This document shows positions 1 to 6,330 of a stretch of DNA of 8,597 nt, one piece after another (positions within the stretch are counted from its first letter, which is position 1; every line of letters starts with the position of its first letter). This DNA is from an uncultured archaeon (GTDB lineage: Archaea; Asgardarchaeota; Thorarchaeia; Thorarchaeales; CAZPUN01): the NCBI GenBank assembly GCA_964589775.1, contig CAZPUN010000042.1, positions 1-8,597 on the forward strand, given 5' to 3'. The notes under the pieces were generated by a model. The model did not search any database, had not been told where the DNA came from, and was given only the letters and a program-made list of their open reading frames with translations. The translations under genes and the position numbers were made by a program.

Positions 1-198
1 AATCAGAACGATTATTTTCTCATTTAAATGAGTGCAATTTTCATCTTTACATACGTAATCTTTTACACGTTTTGCATCTTTTGAAATCTGCAAAATTAGA
101 TCACTAATTGTTGTGCCTTCTTTTAATTCGAGATCAATTTCTCGAGCTCCACCAAGAATTTGTCTAATTGCTCCAAAAGGCTTTACGATTACTTTCAT
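1..198 (-). CDS. moaD: MoaD/ThiS/SAMP-family ubiquitin-like sulfur carrier protein (3' end truncated by window edge)
   Basis: Manual translation from ATG at 198: MKVIVKPFGAIRQILGGAREIDLELKEGTTISDLILQISKDAKRVKDYVCKDENCTHLNEKIIVLI, open to base 1. Matches the beta-grasp MoaD pattern (MKVxVKxFxxxRxxxG...GxTIxDL...IIVLI[NG]). GAGG RBS just upstream and a tungstoenzyme gene nearby. The diagnostic C-terminal Gly-Gly lies outside the window. Confidence 0.85.
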   Translation of the reverse strand, partial: MKVIVKPFGAIRQILGGAREIDLELKEGTTISDLILQISKDAKRVKDYVCKDENCTHLNEKIIVLI

Positions 199-224
199 AT
201 TTCCTCATTGATGTTTTCAGAAAC

Positions 225-237
225 TTTATTGATAAAA
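225..237 (-). promoter_or_regulatory. Candidate TATA box / palindrome upstream of moaD
   Basis: TTTAT-TG-ATAAA inverted repeat at 225-236. On the minus strand it reads TTTTATCAATAAA, about 30 nt upstream of the moaD ATG. Confidence 0.35.
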
Positions 238-259
238 TTAATGATTTTGGAATAATATT

Positions 260-538
260 TTAATCTGCAAGATCGAGAATTCTTGCCGATAGTTCAGATA
301 ATTGACGCCCTATCTTTATAAGATCCTTCTTTGTTAACTTGCCATCCTTAAGATCCTTTTCAATACGGTTCATTATTTCACTTAGCGTTAATTCATCAAG
401 AAGTTTCTTAATGCCTACAGCGTCTACAACTCTTTTAATGCCTACAGCGTCTACAGTTTCCTTTACTCCCACATGGTCTATAATATATTCTATGAAATCC
501 TTACTATATTCATGTTTCACATCTTCTAAGACACTCAT
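260..538 (-). CDS. Putative nested in-frame small protein (92 aa, RpnS-like antitoxin candidate) from internal Met182
   Basis: Minus strand reads CCA CAA AAG GTG AAA AAT ATA ATG AGT. AAGGTGA (553-547) lies 8 nt before the in-frame ATG (538-536), at the nuclease/tail boundary. Confidence 0.5.
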   Translation of the reverse strand: MSVLEDVKHEYSKDFIEYIIDHVGVKETVDAVGIKRVVDAVGIKKLLDELTLSEIMNRIEKDLKDGKLTKKDLIKIGRQLSELSARILDLAD

Positions 539-1081
539 TATATTTTTCACCTTTTGTGGTTCGAAAATAATAAATCCTATAGCTAAATCTTCAATTATTA
601 TTGGATCTTTAATTATTTGAATGTTTTCAAGTATTTTTTTGCGCCCACGTTTTGAAAATACTAAATATAAATAATCATCTATGGTTTCCGGTTTAAATGT
701 ATTACTAACTTCTTCAAGGGAAATTATTTTTACGGGTACTTCAAAAAACTTGCACTCTTTATCTAGTTTTCCTTTTTTAATTTGTATAACAATCGGGATA
801 ACTTTCTTATATTCTTCAAAGTTTTTTAATCTCTGCCAAATATACAATGACCTATATGCTAATACCTGTGCCACCGCTGTTAGTGTTGCTTTCTCCTTGA
901 ATTCGATAATCAAGACATTTTTTTCGCCATCACATGTCTGGCCTTTAATTATCAGGTCAGCTTTAAGAAGTCCTTTAGCGAATTCAGTATTCTCATTTAT
1001 TATGTTTGACAATTTAAAAAGGCGTGTATTCCTAGTGAAAATACGTTTGAGATATCCATCGAACATAGACTGTGGCTCCAA
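260..1081 (-). CDS. Rpn/YhgA-like PD-(D/E)XK nuclease-domain protein with repetitive C-terminal tail
   Basis: N-terminal FDGYLKRIF resembles the Rpn DxxFKxxF motif. Catalytic layout KADLII...LIIEFK followed by the helix AVAQVLAY, then IWQR...KVIPIVI and KIISL as in Rpn-type proteins. Start is TTG 1081 (in-frame TGA immediately upstream) or ATG 1066. Family call is from motif recognition, not a search. Confidence 0.7.
   Translation of the reverse strand: MEPQSMFDGYLKRIFTRNTRLFKLSNIINENTEFAKGLLKADLIIKGQTCDGEKNVLIIEFKEKATLTAVAQVLAYRSLYIWQRLKNFEEYKKVIPIVIQIKKGKLDKECKFFEVPVKIISLEEVSNTFKPETIDDYLYLVFSKRGRKKILENIQIIKDPIIIEDLAIGFIIFEPQKVKNIMSVLEDVKHEYSKDFIEYIIDHVGVKETVDAVGIKRVVDAVGIKKLLDELTLSEIMNRIEKDLKDGKLTKKDLIKIGRQLSELSARILDLAD
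408..482. repeat. 27-bp-period coding tandem repeat (9-aa units)
   Basis: TTAATGCCTACAGCGTCTACA is identical at 408-428 and 435-455, with a degenerate third copy at 462-482. Encodes IDHVGVKET / VDAVGIKRV / VDAVGIKKL. Confidence 0.95.
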
Positions 1082-1093
1082 TCATTGTCATAG

Positions 1094-1136
1094 ATTTATA
1101 TAATGGTTTTCTTAATAAACTAAACCATAAATAAAT
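1094..1136. promoter_or_regulatory. Compact divergent promoter region with imperfect inverted repeat
   Basis: TTTATATA at 1095-1102 and minus-strand TTTATTAAG at 1119-1111. ATGGTTT (1103-1109) and AAACCAT (1122-1128) form an inverted repeat that extends imperfectly to ATTTAT/ATAAAT flanks. Confidence 0.45.
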
Positions 1137-1148
1137 GTGGTGAACCTC

Positions 1149-1646
1149 TTGGCTAGCAAAAGTAAAATTTTACCTATCGGATTGGCAATAATTCATAAAG
1201 CACATACGCCGGATTCGTATCTGTTCATTCGCCGGAAGAACGAACCCTACAAAGGATATTGGGGATTAGTTGGCGGTAAACTTGAGGAGCATGAGCATAT
1301 TCTCGATGGTATCTTACGAGAAGTATCCGAAGAAACAATGGTAGAGAACTTAAAAATGTTGGGTTTTGCCGGGATTGTTTCTGAACATCTTGTGAGTGGT
1401 AAGGATCTTTTAGTTAATTTTCTAATTTTTGTAGCTCATGTCGTAATTGATGGAGAAATCTCGTTTGATACACGCGAGGGCGAGCTGAGATGGTTTAGTC
1501 GGGATGAAATAAAAGCGCGAAAAGATGAGTTTATTCCAAGTGATTGGAATATGTTCTTTAAATTTAACCGCCCGATTGAGAATGCATATTTTGACGCATT
1601 AATTGAAAAACTCGGAGACAAGTATGTCCTTGAATATTTTGAATAG
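1149..1646 (+). CDS. Nudix (MutT-like) hydrolase
   Basis: RRKNEPYKGYWGLVGGKLEEHEHILDGILREVSEETMV contains the Nudix box GX5EX7REUXEEX(G>M)U, with EGELRWF downstream. The ORF is open from GTG 1137. TTG 1149 is preferred because GGTGA (1139-1143) precedes it. Confidence 0.92.
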   Translation: MASKSKILPIGLAIIHKAHTPDSYLFIRRKNEPYKGYWGLVGGKLEEHEHILDGILREVSEETMVENLKMLGFAGIVSEHLVSGKDLLVNFLIFVAHVVIDGEISFDTREGELRWFSRDEIKARKDEFIPSDWNMFFKFNRPIENAYFDALIEKLGDKYVLEYFE

Positions 1647-1726
1647 AAAATGAAGAAAGCAAAGAATATTTATAATCATTTTCTGAACTTATGCGTGAAT
1701 CCGAATTATTTATTTATGTAAAAAGA

Positions 1727-1758
1727 TTGAAAATCAACAGAGCCAAGAAAAATCTTGG
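1727..1758 (+). promoter_or_regulatory. Two short inverted repeats upstream of the for gene (candidate operators or 5'UTR hairpins)
   Basis: TTGA-AAA-TCAA at 1727-1737 and CCAAGA-AAAA-TCTTGG at 1743-1758, between AT-rich TATA-like tracts (~1668-1675, ~1713-1721) and the RBS (GTGAGG 1765-1770). Confidence 0.4.
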
Positions 1759-1779
1759 TAAAATGTGAGGCGCATTAAA

Positions 1780-3642
1780 ATGACAAAAGGTGGTTGGACA
1801 GGTAAACTTCTCAGAGTGAACCTAACGGAAGGTAAAATATCTGTAGAAGATATCCCTGAAGAAATTTTATTGAAATATATCGGTGGAAGAGGTCTAGCTG
1901 TAAAATATCTTTGGGACGAACTTCCCCGTGGTGTAGATCCATTATCTCCGGAAAATAAGCTTATTTTTGCAACAGGTCCATTGACCGGCACTCCCACAAC
2001 GAGCTCTGGAAAATTACTTATTGCCGCAAAATCTCCGCTAACTGGTGGATATGGCGATGGAAATGTTGGGACTCATGTCACAGTTCATTTGAAGAAAGCA
2101 GGATACGATGCAATTATAGTTGAAGGAAAAGCACCAAAGCCAGTGTACCTGTACATTGAGGATGATAAAGTTGAATTAAAGGATGCATCTGAGTACTGGG
2201 GTAAAGGAACATTTGAAGTCATCAAGAAGCTTAAAGAAAAGCATGGATCAAAGGCAGGCTTCCTTACAATTGGTCAGGGTGGAGAAAACGGAGTTCGATA
2301 TGCTGTTGTAGTATCAGCACTCACTCGAAGTGGTGGGCGTCCCGGTATGGGTGCAGTAATGGGCTCAAAGAATCTAAAAGCTCTGGTTGTTAAAGGTACA
2401 AAAGACGTACCAATTTACAATAAAGGTGATGCTAGCAAGCTTACTCGTGAGGCTATAAAAGACCTAAAGAAGAGCGACGGATACAAAACATGGGTTGCAC
2501 AAGGAACTATGATCGCTGTTGAATGGTCCCAAGAAAACTCTGTACTTCCTGTACATAATTTCTCAGATGGTGTATATGAACACTACAATAAAATGGATGG
2601 CAACTTAATGGAAAAGGAGTATAAGAAGCGACTTGCAGGTTGTCCGTTGTGTTCAATGCCTTGTGGTAACCCAATCAGAGGCAAAGGCGACTATAGTGAG
2701 TTTGAAACTGAAATGGATTATGAAAACATTGCATTACTCGGCTCAAACTTGATGATGGATTCAATTGATCCAGTGATCGGTCTGAACTACAAGTGTGATG
2801 ATTACGGAATCGATACAATTTCAATGGGTAACATTCTCGGTTATGTCTTTGAATTATATGAAAAGGGTATTCTTACGAAGGATCACACTGGAGGTATTGA
2901 GCTCAAATTTGGCGATGGGCAACTAGCAATGAAACTTGTTGATATGACCGCTAAGATGGAAGGATTTGGCGAGTGGCTTGCTCATGGTTCTAAATGGATT
3001 GGCGAAAAGCTTGGTGGTGATGCACTAAAATATGCAGTACAGGCAAAGGGTCTAGAAGTTTCTGGATATGATTGTCATGCAGCTCCCGGTATGGCATTAG
3101 CTTATGCGACTTCGCCAATTGGTGCGCATCACAAGGATTCATGGTACATTGCACAAGAAGTTCGTGGTGGTCGATTAGACTACGAGAAGTGGAAAGCTCA
3201 GGGTGTTATCGACCTTCAGAGAATACGTGGTGGAATCTTTGAATCACTTGTTGCATGTCGATTGCCATGGGTTGAACTTGGTCTTGATCTTGAATATTAT
3301 CCCAAGTACTTCAAAGCAATTACCGGTTATGACATGTCTCTAGATGATATGAAGAAGGTTGCTGATAGAATCTATGCATTGATTCGTTCATTCTGGATCC
3401 GTGAATTCGGACACTGGAAGCGTGAATACGATTATCCACCTGAAAAATGGTTCAGTACTCAACTAAGCAAGGGACCATTAGCCGGCACGCATCTCGAATG
3501 GGATAAATACAACAAATTACTTGATTATTACTACGAAATTCGCAAGTGGAGCAAAGACGGTGTTCCAAAGAAAGAGGCACTCAAAGAACTAGGTCTTGAA
3601 TTTGTAATTCCTGAGATTGAAAAATATGTAAAAGTGGAATAA
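1780..3642 (+). CDS. for: Tungsten-containing aldehyde:ferredoxin oxidoreductase, formaldehyde:ferredoxin oxidoreductase (FOR) subfamily
   Basis: Motifs IGGRGLA, AAKSPLTGGYGDGN, GRPGMGAVMGSK, the [4Fe-4S] ligands CPLCSMPC plus ACRLPW, EMDYEN, KGLEVSGY, IGAHHK and LQRIRGG closely follow Pyrococcus furiosus FOR as I recall it. ATG 1780 has GTGAGG upstream; the ORF-track start 1765 is the RBS itself. Confidence 0.95.
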   Translation: MTKGGWTGKLLRVNLTEGKISVEDIPEEILLKYIGGRGLAVKYLWDELPRGVDPLSPENKLIFATGPLTGTPTTSSGKLLIAAKSPLTGGYGDGNVGTHVTVHLKKAGYDAIIVEGKAPKPVYLYIEDDKVELKDASEYWGKGTFEVIKKLKEKHGSKAGFLTIGQGGENGVRYAVVVSALTRSGGRPGMGAVMGSKNLKALVVKGTKDVPIYNKGDASKLTREAIKDLKKSDGYKTWVAQGTMIAVEWSQENSVLPVHNFSDGVYEHYNKMDGNLMEKEYKKRLAGCPLCSMPCGNPIRGKGDYSEFETEMDYENIALLGSNLMMDSIDPVIGLNYKCDDYGIDTISMGNILGYVFELYEKGILTKDHTGGIELKFGDGQLAMKLVDMTAKMEGFGEWLAHGSKWIGEKLGGDALKYAVQAKGLEVSGYDCHAAPGMALAYATSPIGAHHKDSWYIAQEVRGGRLDYEKWKAQGVIDLQRIRGGIFESLVACRLPWVELGLDLEYYPKYFKAITGYDMSLDDMKKVADRIYALIRSFWIREFGHWKREYDYPPEKWFSTQLSKGPLAGTHLEWDKYNKLLDYYYEIRKWSKDGVPKKEALKELGLEFVIPEIEKYVKVE

Positions 3643-3656
3643 AAATCTACTATCCA

Positions 3657-3669
3657 CTTTTTTATTTTT
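3657..3669. terminator. Oligo-T archaeal-type terminator between convergent for and purM
   Basis: CTTTTTTATTTT begins about 15 nt after the for stop codon, in a 25-bp convergent gap. Confidence 0.5.
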
Positions 3670-4717
3670 ATACTAATTTTATGCCATTAACGCGTACTGT
3701 TGGTTCTCTGATGATTTTTCCAATTTCGTAGGCTTTTATACAATAATTGTCCATTACTTTGAATAGTTTGCCCTTTTCTTCTTCTGGGATTACTAGAACC
3801 ATTCCAATACCCATATTGAATGTCTTGTACATTTCCTTATCTGAAATGTTACCCAATTTTTGAATTACTTTGAAAACAGTGGGGGGTTCTGGAAGATGTA
3901 TCTCGAATCCTAATCCATCAGGCGCAATCCGCATGAGTTTTGTGAATGCTCCGCCTGTAATGTGAGCTATTCCATGAACTGTAATTACATGAATAAGTTT
4001 TCGAATAATTTTGGTATAGATTCTAGTAGGTTCTAAGAGAATTTCACCGACCTTTTTATTTGTTTCTGGAAAAGTATCATCTACAGTTAGTCCTGCCTTT
4101 TCGAAGATCACTTTTCGAACCAGTGAATATCCATTGGAATGTATTCCGCTACTTTCTAAGCCTATAAGAATATCCCCTTCTTTTATTGTGCTTCCTGTGA
4201 TGACTTCATCCTTATCAACAAAACCATATGATGCCGCAGCAAGATCAAAACCATAACCTTCGCGATAGCCTTTTATAACATCTGGCATGATTGCAGTTTC
4301 GCCACCAACAATTGCAATTCCGGATTCTTTAGCTCCCTTAATTAGTCCTTTCATGAGTTCATCAATTAATTCCGGATTTGTCTTCTCGAGTGCTATGTAA
4401 TCTATTAGTCCTGCTGGTTCAGCTCCTATACAGATTAAATCATTTACATTCATTGCAACGCAGTCTATTCCCACAGTATCATATTTGTTCATCATCTGGG
4501 CAATTAATACCTTTGTGCCTACTCCATCGGAATGTAGTGCAAGATATCGATCGCCTATGTCTACGAGTCCCGCATAATGCCCGATTTTTGTCACTGGTTC
4601 TCCTAATTTTCCTTTTCTAAAAGTAAATGTTTCCGCGAGCGCCTTTGCAATCTTGTTGTGTGATTGCTTAATCTTACCGAGGTCTACGCCCGCATCTTTG
4701 TACGATATTTCACTCAC
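3668..4717 (-). CDS. purM: Phosphoribosylformylglycinamidine cyclo-ligase (AIR synthetase)
   Basis: Motifs SYKDAGVD, DGVGTK, GIDCVAMNVND, GGETAIMP, SSGIHSNGYSLVRK, AHITGG, TFNMGIG. GTG start with GGAGG (4731-4727) upstream. 8-bp overlap with the purB 3' end. Confidence 0.97.
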   Translation of the reverse strand: MSEISYKDAGVDLGKIKQSHNKIAKALAETFTFRKGKLGEPVTKIGHYAGLVDIGDRYLALHSDGVGTKVLIAQMMNKYDTVGIDCVAMNVNDLICIGAEPAGLIDYIALEKTNPELIDELMKGLIKGAKESGIAIVGGETAIMPDVIKGYREGYGFDLAAASYGFVDKDEVITGSTIKEGDILIGLESSGIHSNGYSLVRKVIFEKAGLTVDDTFPETNKKVGEILLEPTRIYTKIIRKLIHVITVHGIAHITGGAFTKLMRIAPDGLGFEIHLPEPPTVFKVIQKLGNISDKEMYKTFNMGIGMVLVIPEEEKGKLFKVMDNYCIKAYEIGKIIREPTVRVNGIKLV

Positions 4718-6071
4718 TAAGCCTAGCCTCCAAGATTGGTGTTAATTCATTGATTATATATTCTACTTGTTGTACTGCAGTACCTATATATGTTTCTGGA
4801 TTTAATAATTCTTCTAATTCTTTCCTAGAAATATGTTTTGCTACTTTTTTATTTTCTAACAATGCCTCTATAAATGAAATTTTTTCACGCCTTACTTTTA
4901 TTGCCGCAACTCGAAGTATCTCATGTGCATCTTGTCTGCTTAATCCCTTCTCAACAAGCTTTATCATTATACGTTCAGACATTATTAATCCGTGTGTCAA
5001 ATTCAAGTTTCTCTTTATTGATTCATAATTTAGTTCCAATCTATCCAAAATATCGATCATTTCTTTCAAAATATAATCCAACAGTACAAAATTTTCAGGA
5101 ATGATTACTCTCTCGACTGAGGAATTTGTTAGGTCGCGTTCATGCTCCAAAGCGATGTCTTGTAAAGCCGGTATTACATTTGATTGAATTACACGCGATA
5201 GACCACAAACACGTTCTGCTCTATGCGGGTTGCGTTTTTGGCTCATAGTGCTTGAACCAACCTGTTTTGCAGTAAACGGTTCATAAACTTCATCAATTTC
5301 GGTTCTTTGTAGATTTCGAATTTCTTTTCCAATTTTATATAATGTGCCAGAAACAAGTGCTAGAAACATTATTACTTCTGCATGAATATCTCTTTGCACA
5401 ACTTGGTTTGTTATTCTTGCAGCTTTGATTCCCAATTCTTTCATCATTGCTTCACGAATTTCAAAACCTTTTTCACCAAAGCTTGCCATAGTACCAACTG
5501 CACCTGATAACTTACCTACCAAAACTCGTTTTCGCATATCACTAATTCGTTCTATATGGCGAGCAATTTCATCTGCCCATAAGGCGAATTTCATACCATA
5601 TGTCGTTGGTATAGCATGCTGACCATGAGTGCGACCGATGCAAACAGTATTTTTCTCATTCTCAGCTCGCTTAAGCAGAATTTTTAAAAGTTCCAATAAA
5701 CGTTTTTCTATAACTTCGAGTCCTTGTTTGAATTGTAATGCAAGTACCGTATCTACAATATCATAACTCGTTGCTCCAAGATGTATGTATTTTCCAGCAT
5801 CTCCACACTTTTCCGCAAGTGCTTTTACTACCGCCATTATATCATGATCTATTTCGTGTTCGATCTCTTGGATTCGTTCTTTGGATACAATTTCTAAACT
5901 TGCATTTCTCTTAATGGTTTCCGCAGCCTCTTTGGGAATATTTCCAACCGCAGCATGCCCAATAGCCAATGCTGCCTCAACTTTTAGCATCAAATCAAGT
6001 CTATTCTCATAAGAGAAAATGTTTTGCATTTCTCCGGTTGAATATCGATATTCTATTGGATGAATTGGCAT
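4710..6071 (-). CDS. purB: Adenylosuccinate lyase
   Basis: Motifs HDIMA, IHLGATSYD, GRTHGQHAIPTTYG, SGAVGT, GSSTMSQKRNP, HERDLTNSS. The archaeal-type N-terminus MPIHPIEYRY starts at ATG 6071 with a GAGG RBS; the ORF-track start 6113 is likely too long. Confidence 0.97.
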   Translation of the reverse strand: MPIHPIEYRYSTGEMQNIFSYENRLDLMLKVEAALAIGHAAVGNIPKEAAETIKRNASLEIVSKERIQEIEHEIDHDIMAVVKALAEKCGDAGKYIHLGATSYDIVDTVLALQFKQGLEVIEKRLLELLKILLKRAENEKNTVCIGRTHGQHAIPTTYGMKFALWADEIARHIERISDMRKRVLVGKLSGAVGTMASFGEKGFEIREAMMKELGIKAARITNQVVQRDIHAEVIMFLALVSGTLYKIGKEIRNLQRTEIDEVYEPFTAKQVGSSTMSQKRNPHRAERVCGLSRVIQSNVIPALQDIALEHERDLTNSSVERVIIPENFVLLDYILKEMIDILDRLELNYESIKRNLNLTHGLIMSERIMIKLVEKGLSRQDAHEILRVAAIKVRREKISFIEALLENKKVAKHISRKELEELLNPETYIGTAVQQVEYIINELTPILEARLSE

Positions 6072-6093
6072 GTTCCTCGCACCATTTCCTAAA

Positions 6094-6108
6094 TTAATAA
6101 ACCCGCTA
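6094..6108 (-). promoter_or_regulatory. Candidate BRE/TATA promoter of purB-purM
   Basis: Minus strand reads TAGCGGG-TTTATTAA, 22 nt upstream of the purB ATG. Confidence 0.4.
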
Positions 6109-6157
6109 TGCATTCAGAATAAAAAATACATATATTTTTTTGGGAATAACATAATTG

Positions 6158-6230
6158 AATTATTTTTTGTTTCAAAATCTAAAAAATTTTAATTATTTTT
6201 TGTTTCAAAAAGTTTATATTTGTTCTAAAA
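6158..6230. repeat. Intergenic 20-bp direct repeat (two exact copies, one degenerate)
   Basis: AATTATTTTTTGTTTCAAAA is exact at 6158-6177 and 6191-6210. The degenerate copy AGTTTATATTTGTTCTAAAA at 6211-6230 matches 14/20. Confidence 0.9.
6206..6220 (+). promoter_or_regulatory. Candidate BRE/TATA promoter for the large secreted protein gene
   Basis: CAAAAAG-TTTATATT is a purine-rich BRE followed by TTTATA. Confidence 0.5.
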
Positions 6231-6279
6231 AGTATTTCAATGATAAATATTTCGAGTGCTAAAAGGGGACTTTGAAAAC

Positions 6280-6330
6280 ATGGACGCACGTTTGAAATAT
6301 TTAATTAGATTAGGATGTAATACATTATGA
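6280..6330 (+). CDS. Possible 16-aa upstream peptide (MDARLKYLIRLGCNTL) overlapping the next start by ATGA
   Basis: ATG 6280 is preceded by AAGGGGA (6263-6269). The TGA at 6328-6330 overlaps ATG 6327-6329. Confidence 0.25.
   Translation: MDARLKYLIRLGCNTL

Noticed and set aside
408-482. 27-bp repeats as CRISPR or a DGR template/variable repeat
   Set aside because: They are in-frame coding tandem units with no spacers, no adenine-specific mismatch pattern and no reverse transcriptase nearby.
339-1103. Plus-strand ORFs 339-620 and 681-1103
   Set aside because: These are antisense shadows of the nuclease gene with Ser/Ile/Phe-rich composition and no motifs. The MPTAST repeat just mirrors the 27-bp repeat.
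200-1136. Insertion sequence around the nuclease gene
   Set aside because: I found no terminal inverted repeats, target duplication or DDE/HUH motifs. The 'transposase' label on Rpn-type families is historical and not evidence of an IS.
1436-5622. Short ORFs 1436-1621, 1734-1997, 4378-4620, 4750-5028, 4874-5104 and 5425-5622
   Set aside because: All lie antisense to well-supported genes (Nudix, for, purM, purB) and show no recognisable features.
6250-6269. ORB-like element (TTCGAGTGCTAAAAGGGG) beside an AT-rich tract, suggesting a replication origin
   Set aside because: It is a single degenerate match lacking the GGAAA half of the ORB dyad, with no inverted partner and no orc1/cdc6 gene in the window.
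6158-6300. CRISPR array or mini-array (GTTTCAA / TTGAAA resemble repeat ends)
   Set aside because: There are only two exact 20-bp low-complexity copies with a 13-bp gap, no spacer-sized unique sequences and no cas genes.
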